DNA of 64,000 bases from Mycobacteriales bacterium (GTDB taxonomy: Bacteria > Actinomycetota > Actinomycetes > Mycobacteriales > QHCE01), in contig JBBSOC010000003.1 of NCBI GenBank assembly GCA_038260095.1, forward strand, positions 3,518-67,517, given 5' to 3'. Shown here piece after piece: positions 37,441 through 47,907 of the stretch. Position numbers and translations under genes: made by a program. How positions within the stretch are numbered: position 1 is the first letter of the stretch; every line of letters starts with the position of its first letter. Below the pieces are notes generated by a model, which was given only the letters and a program-made list of their open reading frames with translations, made no database searches and had not been told where the DNA came from.

Positions 37441-38889
37441 TCAGGCAGCAAGCGCCGGCCGCAGCTGCTTACGCAGCTCGCGGACCTCGGGCAGATTTCG
37501 ATCGCTCCGCAGATTCGCTAAATCCTTATCCAGATCGAACAAAACCTGCCGAGATCTCGGGGATGCCACAGCGGGGACACGGTCGATAGCAGCTTGAGCA
37601 AGGTTCAAGCCTTGATGTAAGTCGCCACGCCTGACATGCACCCGTGCCAGCCATGCGCCAAAAAACACCGCATCCCGAGGGCGGTCGGGCCCTTGTTGAT
37701 GCACTTCAGAAGCAAGTAGGCGCTCAGCTTCAGCGAGCCGTGCTTTAGCTTGCTGCGGTCGCGCCAGCGTCATCAGCAACATGCTGTGACCCTGGTAGGT
37801 ATCAGCCGCGGTTGGATCAAGCCAGTACAGGTACTCCGGACCTCCCCCCGCGCGTTGAGCCTGCTCGAATAACCGGCGCACCTGGGCTGAGGCCGTCTGA
37901 AAACCGTATAAGTCGCCTACTGCCGCATGTGCGTGTGCCACCCGAGTCATCGCAACGGTCTGCACCAGCGGATGCGCCTTAGCGGCGGCGCGAACCGAGG
38001 CATCAGCGAGGTCTCGGGCCTCGGTGAGTTGCTGTCGGTGAGTCGCTTGGTAGGACATAAAGGATAAAATATGCGCGCCCAAACCATGATCACCAACATT
38101 ATGTGCTGCTTGTAATCCAGTTCGAAAATAGAGTTGTGCAAGTCCGTGACGCTCTGCATCAAAAGCCATCCAGCCCGCGATTTGCGATAGCTTCGCCAGC
38201 ACTTCCAGTAGAGTCCGAGCGATTCCAGGATCAGTAAAAGAACCCGCATCGAGGTACTGCATGACCGTCTCTATCGCACCGCCAATCTGGCGAAGGTTCT
38301 CCGCACTGCCACCTGCGATGTCGTCCATGCGACGGAACGCGCCAATTAAAGAGTGAAAATACTCCAATGACGCCGAAGATACCTTGGGTGAAGAGAAATC
38401 CGATGCTCCCAACACCTGCTCGAACATCCCCCTAGCAGGCACGTCTTTTACGTGATTTACGTACTGCCACGCCGGCGCGGTTAACGCCACACCCGATAAC
38501 GCCATAAAACTGCGGCGATCTCCCTCGAACACCGTGCCTCCACTTGGCAGCCAACTATTGATCAGTGCTTTCGTGCCCTGTAGATCCCATGACACTTGGG
38601 TGCCGGCATCAGCAGGCAACCAGTCAGAAGAACTCGCAGCCCTAGGCCACAACTGCTTTACCGCTACAACCCGGCCAGCCGCCTGAGACAACACGTAGGC
38701 AATCACTGTGGGTAGTGGCGGACGCGGCACTCGCGACATATTCACCCACTCCGACGCAGTCGTCCGAGACACATACCCCGCACCCACTTCGCGATTCACC
38801 TCATGAGCAAGACGTGAAATAGACCACCCAACTTGGTCCAACAGCCCGGAGAGCTCATCATGATGTCCACCACGACAACCAACCATCAC
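37441..38889 (-). CDS. XRE-type HTH regulator with TPR-like C-terminal domain (paralog 2)
   Basis: 482 aa. It has the same architecture as paralog 1 and is roughly 35-40% identical to it by eye (LLDQVGWSISRLAHEVNREVGAGYVSRTTASEWVNMSRVP; GWMAFDAERHGLAQLYFRTGLQAAH). Confidence 0.75.
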   Translation of the reverse strand: MMVGCRGGHHDELSGLLDQVGWSISRLAHEVNREVGAGYVSRTTASEWVNMSRVPRPPLPTVIAYVLSQAAGRVVAVKQLWPRAASSSDWLPADAGTQVSWDLQGTKALINSWLPSGGTVFEGDRRSFMALSGVALTAPAWQYVNHVKDVPARGMFEQVLGASDFSSPKVSSASLEYFHSLIGAFRRMDDIAGGSAENLRQIGGAIETVMQYLDAGSFTDPGIARTLLEVLAKLSQIAGWMAFDAERHGLAQLYFRTGLQAAHNVGDHGLGAHILSFMSYQATHRQQLTEARDLADASVRAAAKAHPLVQTVAMTRVAHAHAAVGDLYGFQTASAQVRRLFEQAQRAGGGPEYLYWLDPTAADTYQGHSMLLMTLARPQQAKARLAEAERLLASEVHQQGPDRPRDAVFFGAWLARVHVRRGDLHQGLNLAQAAIDRVPAVASPRSRQVLFDLDKDLANLRSDRNLPEVRELRKQLRPALAA

Positions 38890-39060
38890 ACCACCACCTA
38901 GGCATCACCGGACTACACGGTGATACTAGCCCGCCACTAGATCCGCACATAGGAAATGCCACAAAATTGTATATACACAAGCAATTTTGGCATGCTTTCA
39001 CCCGAAACGGCATACGCGGCGCTATCGGCTCAAGCTCACGAACTCACAGCAACGTTGTGC

Positions 39061-39804
39061 TTACTGGTGTGGAGACGACTCAGAAAGCCGATCGCTGCCC
39101 TGGTCAATGATCGGCCCTGCTTCATTGAGCTGCTCGCGTGCTACCACTTTGCCGCCATAATAGACTGTGAACGCGAACGCGGCTGCATATGGCGCCACGC
39201 CCAAAATCCGGGCGATGCCCAATCCTACGGTCAACCCCGACAGGTAGAGCCATAGCTGCACACCTCCGCGGAGAAAGAACACTCCGCACCACAGCACCGA
39301 TAACCAGCTAAACGCCTTCAGCAAAGCTGGCCGGGATTGCCAATCAGCGAAACTGCCGGTCAATACTGACCAGGCATAGCCGATCAGCGGGCGCCTCACC
39401 CCGACCGACACTGCAAACGCCGCCCCATACACAAAATTCGTGATGATGCCCGGCAGAAAGAAATCTTGTGCGCGGCCCGTCTTGGCCGCGATCAGCGCGG
39501 CAAGTCCTACGCCCAACAGCCCAGTGAGCGCATGGCGAGGTGAATCCCGCTGTAGTAGCCGGTAGGCAGCAATAAGTACTGCGGCGATAACTGCGGCCCA
39601 GATGGAGAACTTCAGCGACGTGAACACATAAGCCCCGACAAATACCACTACCGGAAGGCTGCTCTCGACCGTGCCTCGCACCCCACCAATCTGATCAGTG
39701 ACAGCTTCTCGGAGCGAAGGCAGCGAAGGCTCGGTCACACTGGAAGGTTTCTCATCGAGTGGTCGCTGCGGTGCGGGATGGGATGGTTGCACAGAGTTGG
39801 TCAC
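39061..39804 (-). CDS. DUF3159-type membrane protein (Rv2693c-like)
   Basis: 247 aa polytopic protein. The call rests on position and composition, and the family assignment is from memory. Confidence 0.7.
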   Translation of the reverse strand: MTNSVQPSHPAPQRPLDEKPSSVTEPSLPSLREAVTDQIGGVRGTVESSLPVVVFVGAYVFTSLKFSIWAAVIAAVLIAAYRLLQRDSPRHALTGLLGVGLAALIAAKTGRAQDFFLPGIITNFVYGAAFAVSVGVRRPLIGYAWSVLTGSFADWQSRPALLKAFSWLSVLWCGVFFLRGGVQLWLYLSGLTVGLGIARILGVAPYAAAFAFTVYYGGKVVAREQLNEAGPIIDQGSDRLSESSPHQ

Positions 39805-40364
39805 GATCCGCTGGCCTCCAGCGCGTAGTTCGGGTTGTACATCACTCTACGACCTTCCCGCATCGCGATACGGCCGCGCACCCGCAGTTGCCTACCCGCC
39901 ATGATTCCGAGGATCACCGCTCGCCCCAACCACACCAGCGTGACGCTGCCGCTGCCGTCAAACAGCTCAGCCTCCACAGTGGGGCTGCTCAGCAAGCCCC
40001 AACCCGGTATGTGCTGCACCGAACGGAGTCGGCCGTAAAGTTCAATCAGCTGGCCACGCAGACAACTATCTACCCGGGTGGCACCCGACTCTGCGGCTGC
40101 CCGGCACAATTGCGCCGCTTCCAACTCATCATCGGAGGTCGTAATGCGGCGTAGTAGACTCAGAGGTCGCGCGGATTGGTGCTGTTCCACTGCGGTGTCC
40201 CCTGGCACATGCGTCTCGGCTGCAGCCGAGGATATTGTCGTCGTCGCCCATGCATCCAGCATGAACTCCTCCTCCGCCTTGCCATACTCGACCAGGCACC
40301 ACCTCGCAACGAACGACCAACCCGCGCGACCTCTATCCTCAATGGCAGAGGGCTGTTTAGTCAT
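39801..40364 (-). CDS. OB-fold nucleic-acid-binding domain protein (Rv2694c-like)
   Basis: C-terminal VTLVWLGRAVILGIMAGRQLRVRGRIAMREGRRVMYNPNY. The start is uncertain (alternative ATG at 40262). Confidence 0.65.
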   Translation of the reverse strand: MTKQPSAIEDRGRAGWSFVARWCLVEYGKAEEEFMLDAWATTTISSAAAETHVPGDTAVEQHQSARPLSLLRRITTSDDELEAAQLCRAAAESGATRVDSCLRGQLIELYGRLRSVQHIPGWGLLSSPTVEAELFDGSGSVTLVWLGRAVILGIMAGRQLRVRGRIAMREGRRVMYNPNYALEASGS

Positions 40365-40399
40365 GGCTCCCAGCCTTAAACTGTCAGTACGCTCTTACT

Positions 40400-41332
40400 C
40401 TAATGGGTTAGGGCGAGCTCATCCTCATTGAGGAAAGGTAAGCCACGGATCTCGATGGTCTCGTCGGCCACTGGGCCATATCGCTCACGATACGTGGCAT
40501 CAGCGAGATACGACGAGCGTGCTGGAATTCGCTCGCGCGGCGGCCTAGATTCGCCAGCTAACCTCGTCTCGCGAGCTACCTGCGAGGCAACTCGCGCGAT
40601 GGGCTGCTCGGGCGCCACCGGTTTGGTAGTGGCCGGCTCCGGCATGCGCATGGGTAGCGGGTCGCGTACTGGGCGTGGCTCGATACCTCGTACCACAATA
40701 GTGTTACGCAGCACGTCGAGAAGAATTTTACTCGCTGCTGGATCGCTGGCTGCCGCTCCGGTAAACATCGCACGAATAAACCAACGCGGCCCATCTATTC
40801 CGAGGAAGCGCACAAGTTGGCGACCATTTTGAGTCGGCAGGTTCGCTAGCAGCTCCAGGTCAAACTCCCCCTCGCATTCGCGTGGCGCGTAGTTTTCAGC
40901 TTCCAGCTTGATTCGTAAATCATGTCGGATGTCATCCCATGCCCCATCCTCGCGGGGTGCGGCGAACGGTATGACCTGCAGCGCACTGTTGCCCTGCACT
41001 AAAACGATTGCGCTGATGTGGTCATCTTCCACCTGCGGGTGGATATTTACACCGGGCAGTACTGGGACCCGAAGTGCGCCAAGGTCGACGCGGGTCAGGT
41101 TATCTATGGGGAGCGCGCCTGAGTCGAATGGACCGCTGGTCGAAACAGAAAGAGGCGCCAACTCATCATCTGAGATCAAGCTCCGCGACGCGGAGGCTGA
41201 TGTCACATCATCTCTAGCAGGTGCATTGTTTGCTTCCAGGTAGTTTCCGGTGGGGTCATCAAGGCCATCAAAGCCGCGATCAGCTCGCTCGGCCTCAATA
41301 CGGGCATGTCTACCCCCTCCTCGACGAAACAT
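40400..41332 (-). CDS. DUF3710 protein (Rv2696c-like)
   Basis: 310 aa with GPFDSGALPIDNLTRVDLGALRVPVLPG. Lies next to dut, as in mycobacteria. Confidence 0.7.
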   Translation of the reverse strand: MFRRGGGRHARIEAERADRGFDGLDDPTGNYLEANNAPARDDVTSASASRSLISDDELAPLSVSTSGPFDSGALPIDNLTRVDLGALRVPVLPGVNIHPQVEDDHISAIVLVQGNSALQVIPFAAPREDGAWDDIRHDLRIKLEAENYAPRECEGEFDLELLANLPTQNGRQLVRFLGIDGPRWFIRAMFTGAAASDPAASKILLDVLRNTIVVRGIEPRPVRDPLPMRMPEPATTKPVAPEQPIARVASQVARETRLAGESRPPRERIPARSSYLADATYRERYGPVADETIEIRGLPFLNEDELALTH

Positions 41333-41492
41333 CGTTTGCTCTTCTCCCTTCGGCTGACTGTTCAGTCAACCATGCCGGCACCCCCATTGTGGCTGCCGGG
41401 GCTCTGGTTGGCAAACACACCAGCGCTACTCCAACGGCTACTCATGAGCGGCACCGTGTCGTTCTTGCAGCTCATTACTGCCCACTCATGTA

Positions 41493-41939
41493 TCAGTGAA
41501 CGCCGGTAGAACCATGTCCGCCGGTACCTCGGGTTGATTCGGGTAGCTGGTCCACCGGCATAAATTCCGCGTGCGCTACCGATTGGATCACTAGCTGCGC
41601 GATCCGGTCGCCACGCGCGATGTGCACAACAGTTCGCGGATCAAGGTTGATCAGGTTCACCAAAACCTCGCCCCGATAACCGGCATCGATTGTACCTGGT
41701 GCGTTCACCATGGAGATACCGCAACGAGCCGCCAACCCTGAGCGAGGGTGAACAAAGGCGGCATAGCCCATCGGAACCGCTATCGCTATGCCAGTAGGCA
41801 CTAGCGCGCGCTCTCCAGGGTGAAGTGTGAGATTCTTTACAGATATTAAATCAGCACCAGCGTCGTCGGCATGTGCATAGGTTGGCAATGGCAGTTCTGG
41901 ATCTAGTTGCTTGATCAGCACCGAAATGTGTTGCGTCAT
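41493..41939 (-). CDS. dut: dUTP diphosphatase
   Basis: 148 aa with [21 protein letters not shown] and GDRIAQL. Confidence 0.93.
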   Translation of the reverse strand: MTQHISVLIKQLDPELPLPTYAHADDAGADLISVKNLTLHPGERALVPTGIAIAVPMGYAAFVHPRSGLAARCGISMVNAPGTIDAGYRGEVLVNLINLDPRTVVHIARGDRIAQLVIQSVAHAEFMPVDQLPESTRGTGGHGSTGVH

Positions 41940-42004
41940 GGCAGCACACTAGCCACTCGCCAGCTACCTATCGCTGCCTGTCTCGATAGCCATACGCTCA
42001 TATC

Positions 42005-42517
42005 ATGACGTCACTAATTCCCAGCGCACGGCAACTACGCCCAAATCCCACAGGAGATTACGACCTCTTTGCTGAGCGCTGGCGCGCACCCTGGTGGTAT
42101 TGGTTAGCAGGGCTGATTCTGGCGGCGGCCGTGGCAGCCGCCGTACACCTTGGCTATCCTGGCCTACGCGCCGTTGTTCCTTACGCGGTGACGGTGCCGT
42201 TTGTGATCGGATTGCTATGGTGGCTCAGCCGAGTTGAAATTCGGATCACTGTTAAGGCTTTATACGTCGATGACGCGTGGCTGGCGCGGGAGTTCATCGC
42301 TGACGCGATGCCGCTGTCACGCGAGGCATACCGAGCTGCACTCGGTCCAGGCTTTGACCCGCTCGCGTTTGTAGTGCGACGACCTTGGATCACGAAAGCA
42401 GTGCTCATAACGCTGCGTGATCCAGACGACCCCACGCCGTACTGGATCATCAGTAGCCGACGTCCCGCCGCCCTTGCCGCCGCGCTGAGCAGCAAGGGCG
42501 GAGCTTCCATAAAGTAG
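42005..42517 (+). CDS. DUF3093 membrane protein (Rv2698-like)
   Basis: 170 aa with two TM segments. Diverges from dut. Confidence 0.7.
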   Translation: MTSLIPSARQLRPNPTGDYDLFAERWRAPWWYWLAGLILAAAVAAAVHLGYPGLRAVVPYAVTVPFVIGLLWWLSRVEIRITVKALYVDDAWLAREFIADAMPLSREAYRAALGPGFDPLAFVVRRPWITKAVLITLRDPDDPTPYWIISSRRPAALAAALSSKGGASIK

Positions 42518-42550
42518 TGCTCTCTATTGAACGTGGAGCCGCCGCTCCCG

Positions 42551-42850
42551 TCAGGCGCATTCGGTGCATATCCACTGGCCCCCACGTTCCCCGGCTAGTT
42601 GACTGCGATGGTGCACCAGAAAACAGCTGGAACAACGGAACTCGTCGTTTTGCATCGGTAGTACTTTAATAGTGAGCTCTTCGCCTGACAGATCTGCTCC
42701 AGGAAGCTCGAAACCTTCGGCTACTTCAGCCTCATCGACATCTACGCTGCCAGACTGTGCTTCAGTACGCCGAGCTTTGAGTTCCTCGAGACTGTCCTCT
42801 CCCAGGTCAGAGTCGTCGGTGCGACGCGGTGCGTCGTAATCGGTGGCCAT
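42551..42850 (-). CDS. DUF4193 protein (Rv2699c-like)
   Basis: 99 aa starting MATDYDAPRRTDD, then an acidic stretch, ending with C-terminal FRCSSCFLVHHRSQL...ICTEC. Confidence 0.75.
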   Translation of the reverse strand: MATDYDAPRRTDDSDLGEDSLEELKARRTEAQSGSVDVDEAEVAEGFELPGADLSGEELTIKVLPMQNDEFRCSSCFLVHHRSQLAGERGGQWICTECA

Positions 42851-43045
42851 GCTGGTTTATCTCCTACGCAAGATTTTTTTGACCACATAGTTCGTGATAT
42901 TAGTGTGGGCGCGAAACCTTACCGCTTCGCAGTAAGTCATACACATTCGGCACCGTAAGTGTTCCCGTTGTGACGCAATCGAACCTATTTCCATAACCGC
43001 TAAGCTGCTAAACATGTAACGCAGATGGCGCTAGAGGAGTAACGG

Positions 43046-43561
43046 ATGACGTTAAGCAGAGCTCGCGCTCTAGGAGTGCTGGGCATCATGGCTCTGGTGG
43101 CGGTCATCGCCGTAGCGTGGACCATAACGCGGGATCACCATGGCAGCTCGGCTGCGGGAAAGCAAGCCTGCACAGCGACGGCGGTGGTCACTAAGATTCC
43201 ACAGCCCAATGAGGTACAGCTGCGGATCCTGAACGCCACGAACAAGCCGGGCCTTGCCACGGCCATCGCCAATCAGTTCAAAGCGCGCGGATTCAACGTG
43301 TTAGAGGTTGGCAACTCTTCCGACGCCCCTACTGGCACGGCCGAAGTGCAATTCGGTCCCAAAGCTGTTGGAGCAGCCCATCTAGTTCGGGCGCAGGTAC
43401 CACAAGCTCAACCGATTGCCGACAATCGGAAAGACGACGTGGTGGTGCTGGTACTCGGGCCAGAGCTCGTTGAGCTTACGCCAAAGGCGAGTGTGGGTAG
43501 CACAATTAAGGCTCTGGGCGAGCCAGTGCGGCCTAAGCCAACGTGCGAGAAGAACACCTGA
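43046..43561 (+). CDS. LytR C-terminal domain protein (Rv2700-like)
   Basis: 171 aa with a signal anchor and ILNATNKPGLATAIANQFKARGFNV. Confidence 0.7.
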   Translation: MTLSRARALGVLGIMALVAVIAVAWTITRDHHGSSAAGKQACTATAVVTKIPQPNEVQLRILNATNKPGLATAIANQFKARGFNVLEVGNSSDAPTGTAEVQFGPKAVGAAHLVRAQVPQAQPIADNRKDDVVVLVLGPELVELTPKASVGSTIKALGEPVRPKPTCEKNT

Positions 43562-43563
43562 TA

Positions 43564-44358
43564 CTACGCCAGCGGGTCATGGTCGGCACCTAGCTGTGCC
43601 AGAACATCGTGTAGCTGGGCGTGAATACCCTCCCCCGCCGCCAGCGTCATTGTGGAATTCTGTACGGCTCCGCGCAGCCCCGTGACCCGCCCTCCGGCTT
43701 CATTGACGATGAGACTTCCGGCAGCAAAGTCCCACGACTGGCACCCTTGTTCGTAGTAGCCATCCAAGCGGCCTTCGGCCACGTAACATAAATCCAGAGA
43801 GCAAACGCCGGTGCGCCGGATGTCGCGCACCTGGGGTAGTAGCGCCGCAACCGTTTGCCCTTGGTGGAGGCGGCGTTTGGCGTCGTAGCTAAATCCAGTA
43901 GCGATCAGAGATTGGGCCAGCTCCGTTTGATGCGAACACGCCAGTCGATTCCCATCACGCCACGCACCTTTACCTGCGACTGCGTGCCACTGTTCTCCTG
44001 TAGCCGGGTTACGCACGACACCTACCGCGGGCTCACCGTCTATTTCGACCGCAATGGAAACCGCGTAGTGGGGGTGGCCGTACAGGTAATTTACGGTGCC
44101 ATCGATAGGGTCGATTACCCAGCGCACGCCACTGCGCGACGGCCGTTGGCCACCCTCCTCACCGAGCACCCCGTCGTCGGGGCGTGCCGCGACGATCCCA
44201 GCAATAATCAGCTGCTCAACCGCCCGATCCGCCGCTGTTACTACATCAGTGGGGGTGGTTTTAGTGTCAACACCATGTCGCGCATGCTGTCGAGCCGTCA
44301 GCGCGAGGGCTCCTGCCTCGCGGGCAAGCTGACTGGCCAGGGATAACAATTCACACAT
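43564..44358 (-). CDS. Inositol monophosphatase family protein (SuhB-like)
   Basis: 264 aa with WVIDPIDGTVNY and WDFAAG. Confidence 0.85.
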   Translation of the reverse strand: MCELLSLASQLAREAGALALTARQHARHGVDTKTTPTDVVTAADRAVEQLIIAGIVAARPDDGVLGEEGGQRPSRSGVRWVIDPIDGTVNYLYGHPHYAVSIAVEIDGEPAVGVVRNPATGEQWHAVAGKGAWRDGNRLACSHQTELAQSLIATGFSYDAKRRLHQGQTVAALLPQVRDIRRTGVCSLDLCYVAEGRLDGYYEQGCQSWDFAAGSLIVNEAGGRVTGLRGAVQNSTMTLAAGEGIHAQLHDVLAQLGADHDPLA

Positions 44359-44531
44359 TTTTTCCGTCTCAACAGTTGACTTTTGGCTGATTAGTAGGTT
44401 GGTGCGCCGTACCGCAGAAAATCACAGCGGTACAATTGGGGCGACATCACTACGCCATTGCAAGGCATTGCGAGTTTTGCCTGCTTGTCGGTCGTATTAA
44501 TCGCCGCAATACCTATTGGAGAAGGTCGTTC

Positions 44532-46028
44532 GTGACAGCCGCTGACCACACCCATACTGGGTCTGACGCCATTCGTTACATCGTCGACTCATTGGCTAGC
44601 CACGCTCAGCCTACCGGCACTCTTTCGGCCACCAAGGTAGCGACCGTGCTTGGCGAAGCAAATATGACGCCTGCTCAGGGCAAGAAAGTGCTCAAGCAGC
44701 TTGCGGCTTCAGGCGTCACACTTTCGGTTGACGATTCTGGTGCCGCCAAACCACGCAAACGGGTGCTTGCATCCAACGCCACTGTCACACCAGCATCGCA
44801 AGCCACCACAGTGAGTGCAATCCCAGCAACGAAAACCACCCCATCAAAAAGGGCAGGCAAGAAAACCAGCGATAAAGCGGCCGTGGGCAAGAGTAAGGAA
44901 AAGGGTAAAGCCGGTATTGAAGCTGGCGTGAACATCGGCGACCCTACAGATTCTGGACCCTCTGACGCCGAAATCGCCGCAGGCGCTGTGCCTGCGGAAG
45001 GTCTGGCGGTGGACGAGGAAATCGAACTTGCCGACAGCGAGGACTTTGACTGGGACGACGAAGATTCCGAGGCACTACGCCAGGCCCGCAAAGACGCCGA
45101 GCTCACCGCGTCCGCCGATTCGGTACGCGCGTATCTCAAGCAGATTGGCAAGGTACCGCTACTCAACGCCGAAGAGGAGGTTGAGCTGGCCAAACGGATC
45201 GAGGCTGGGCTGTATGCCGCAGAACAGCTTAGGCTCGCCGAGGACGACGGCGTCGAGCTGGAAGTGCAGTTGTGGCGCGACCTCAACTGGGTAATGCGCG
45301 ACGGTGAGCGAGCCAAGAACCACCTGCTTGAGGCCAACCTCCGTCTGGTGGTAAGCCTCGCAAAGCGCTACACCGGGCGCGGCATGGCGTTCCTGGACCT
45401 GATCCAGGAGGGCAACCTCGGTCTGATCCGCGCCGTCGAGAAATTCGACTACACCAAGGGCTACAAGTTCTCCACCTACGCCACGTGGTGGATTCGCCAG
45501 GCCATTACACGTGCCATGGCCGATCAGGCCCGTACCATCCGCATCCCGGTGCATATGGTGGAGGTCATCAACAAGCTGGGGCGCATCCAGCGCGAACTGC
45601 TGCAGGATCTGGGCCGCGAGCCTACCCCCGAAGAGCTGGCCAAGGAGATGGACATCTCCCCAGAGAAGGTGCTGGAGATTCAGCAGTATGCCCGCGAGCC
45701 GATCTCTCTCGACCAGACGATTGGTGATGAGGGCGACTCTCAACTGGGTGACTTCATCGAGGACTCTGAGGCCGTGGTGGCTGTGGATGCGGTGTCGTTC
45801 ACGCTGCTGCAAGACCAGCTGCAGTCGGTGCTACAGACGCTGTCTGAGCGCGAGGCCGGAGTAGTGCGGCTACGGTTTGGGCTCGCCGACGGGCAACCCC
45901 GCACGTTGGACGAGATCGGCCAAGTCTATGGGGTCACCCGGGAGCGGATTCGGCAGATCGAATCTAAAACCATGAGCAAGCTTCGTCACCCATCGCGGTC
46001 ACAGGTGCTGCGCGACTACTTGGATTAG
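44532..46028 (+). CDS. sigA: Primary RNA polymerase sigma factor
   Basis: Regions 1.2-4.2 are present ([74 protein letters not shown]). The GTG at 44532 follows GGAGAAGG. Confidence 0.93.
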   Translation: MTAADHTHTGSDAIRYIVDSLASHAQPTGTLSATKVATVLGEANMTPAQGKKVLKQLAASGVTLSVDDSGAAKPRKRVLASNATVTPASQATTVSAIPATKTTPSKRAGKKTSDKAAVGKSKEKGKAGIEAGVNIGDPTDSGPSDAEIAAGAVPAEGLAVDEEIELADSEDFDWDDEDSEALRQARKDAELTASADSVRAYLKQIGKVPLLNAEEEVELAKRIEAGLYAAEQLRLAEDDGVELEVQLWRDLNWVMRDGERAKNHLLEANLRLVVSLAKRYTGRGMAFLDLIQEGNLGLIRAVEKFDYTKGYKFSTYATWWIRQAITRAMADQARTIRIPVHMVEVINKLGRIQRELLQDLGREPTPEELAKEMDISPEKVLEIQQYAREPISLDQTIGDEGDSQLGDFIEDSEAVVAVDAVSFTLLQDQLQSVLQTLSEREAGVVRLRFGLADGQPRTLDEIGQVYGVTRERIRQIESKTMSKLRHPSRSQVLRDYLD

Positions 46029-46085
46029 GCAGCGGGATTCGACAACAATGCCCTAGAAATCGTTGCTGGTACGTAGGCTGGGCAG

Positions 46086-47101
46086 ATGTCTGCGTCCAGC
46101 CACAGTGAGCCATATATGCCCGTCCCCAATTTCCGTCTCCGGCAAGCAGCACGCGAGACCGCAGCGGCGCTCGCGGATCCAACGACTCCGGTGCGAGCTC
46201 TGGCTGCCGTGCCCACCGTTGCCGCACGGCTGGGAATCGACTCGACGCGTATACATCCCAAGGCTCAAAGGTACGCGGTGGGCGCAGCAGTCACGGGTAT
46301 GTTCATGAGTGAGCTGCTAGAAGGAGACGGTAGAGATTCCCGGTTCCGCAGCTTGCCTCGCAGCTGGTACTCCCGGCTCCATCCGAGGCGGGATCCCTAC
46401 ACGCTGTTCATCTACGACATGTGGGCGGCATCTAAGAACGCGAAACACCGGCTCGTGGGACGTGGTTCGCGCCGCCGGGAGCGGGTGCGATGGCTGGCGA
46501 GCGAGTATGATCGTCTCACCCTGGAAAGTTCAGCACCCCTACATACAAACGAGCCAGTTCTCACCGAGGAGATATTCAAAAGTTCTGAGGGGCCGTACGA
46601 AATGGCGAACTTCGTACTGTACGTCGCCTATGTGTGCTCACAGCACCCCGATCTGAAGGATGCCTCAGCACAGGCATGGCGTGATATTGCGTTCGATAAC
46701 GCCAATCGTGTCGTGATAGGAAGAGCAGCGTCGAACGTAGCAGCCTTCGCCAGCAGGCCCCTGTACAAAGTGGATTGCGCCCGCATGAGGTTGCGGCGCC
46801 GTGGCGAAACCTACGTGCTCGACACCGACGGGCAGTTCTCCCACCAACCTTTAGGCGACGATCCCCCCCCTTCTCTCCTACCCTGAAGTGTCTTGTGCAC
46901 TTGGCGAAAAAGGAGCCGGAAGATTCCCACACCGCGTTGCAGAACTTTGTCTACGCGAGCATCAACGCCGCGCATCAACAGGGGCTCTTCGACGGACAGA
47001 CGGCGCAGAAAGTCTGGGACCAACGTGTGCGGGACGGTTGGCAGGCCGGGAAGCACGCCTGGCGAAGGCCTAAGGAGGGAACTCGCCCGACCGGCCTGTA
47101 G
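46086..47101 (+). pseudogene. Orphan gene split by a frameshift in a C8 tract
   Basis: A 266-codon ORF ends at 46886. A protein-like frame continues from the C8 run (46863-46870) to 47101 (SPTLKCLVHLAKKEPEDSHTALQNFVYASINAAHQQGLF...). One extra C would fuse them into about 338 codons. Confidence 0.5.
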
Positions 47102-47187
47102 CAGTAGGGCTGCCAAAACCAGTCACTAGCCCCCTCGCTCACGTCGCCACTCTCGACGTAAAGTCATTAGAGCACTAAGCTAGTGAC

Positions 47188-47496
47188 ATGACCTCAGTGA
47201 CAGTGACTGTATCGGATCTCATCCACCACACAAAGCGAGTCTTCGAGCAACTGAAAACCGAAGACCGGCTTGTGATCATGCGCAACGGCGAAGTGGCGGG
47301 CATACTTACCGCGCCTGACCCCGATGACGTGCTGCTGGACAAGATGGCAGCAGCAGGCGAGGTTCCGGTTGATTGGCGGGAGCGGCAGGCGCGCCTGCGA
47401 GAGCTACTTTCGGCGGGCCCTCTACTCCCAGCCGAGCCGGGGAAGCCTTCGCTGTCAGAGACCTTGACCGCGATGCGGGACGAGGAAACCCGGTGA
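47188..47496 (+). CDS. Type II antitoxin of VapC
   Basis: 102 aa reading VTVSDLIHHTKRVFEQLKTEDRLVIMRNGEVAGILT ... LSETLTAMRDEETR. The stop overlaps the vapC GTG (GTGA). Confidence 0.75.
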   Translation: MTSVTVTVSDLIHHTKRVFEQLKTEDRLVIMRNGEVAGILTAPDPDDVLLDKMAAAGEVPVDWRERQARLRELLSAGPLLPAEPGKPSLSETLTAMRDEETR

Positions 47497-47891
47497 TATA
47501 TCTCGACTCGTGTGCCCTGGTCAAACTCCTTCGATCCGAGGACTACAGTGCGGATATCGCAACGCATGTCAGCTCGGCAACCACTGCGCTGATCTCTAGT
47601 GAACTAGCACGAACCGAAGTACACCGAGCCCTATGGCGAAATCAAGAACCACAATCCGTGCACGAAACAGCAGATACGCTGTTGACGCACATAGCAACAC
47701 TTCCGCTAGCAGCGATCATCGACGATGCCAGTAGGCTCCCTCAGCAGCATCTGAGAAGCCTCGACGCACTGCACCTAGCCACGGCGCTGCGCCTAGGCGA
47801 TGCCGTGCATCAGTTCATCACGTACGATCAGCGACTGGCGCAGGCAGCCCACGAGTCAAACCTTAAGGTGCTTTCCCCTGGCGCGGATTAG
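47493..47891 (+). CDS. vapC: PIN-domain toxin VapC
   Basis: Starts VIYLDSCALVKLL, with SLDALHLATA and TYDQRL. It is a paralog of 2584..2976 and 29849..30259. Confidence 0.85.
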   Translation: MIYLDSCALVKLLRSEDYSADIATHVSSATTALISSELARTEVHRALWRNQEPQSVHETADTLLTHIATLPLAAIIDDASRLPQQHLRSLDALHLATALRLGDAVHQFITYDQRLAQAAHESNLKVLSPGAD

Positions 47892-47907
47892 CGGTTACTA
47901 TACCGAC

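Noticed and set aside
38845-39000. 51-codon Cys/Trp-rich minus-strand ORF (MPFRVKACQNCLCIYNF...) overlapping the start of HTH-TPR paralog 2
   Set aside because: It runs through the AT-rich palindromic promoter region and into the paralog's own start in another frame. It has no RBS. I treat it as fortuitous.
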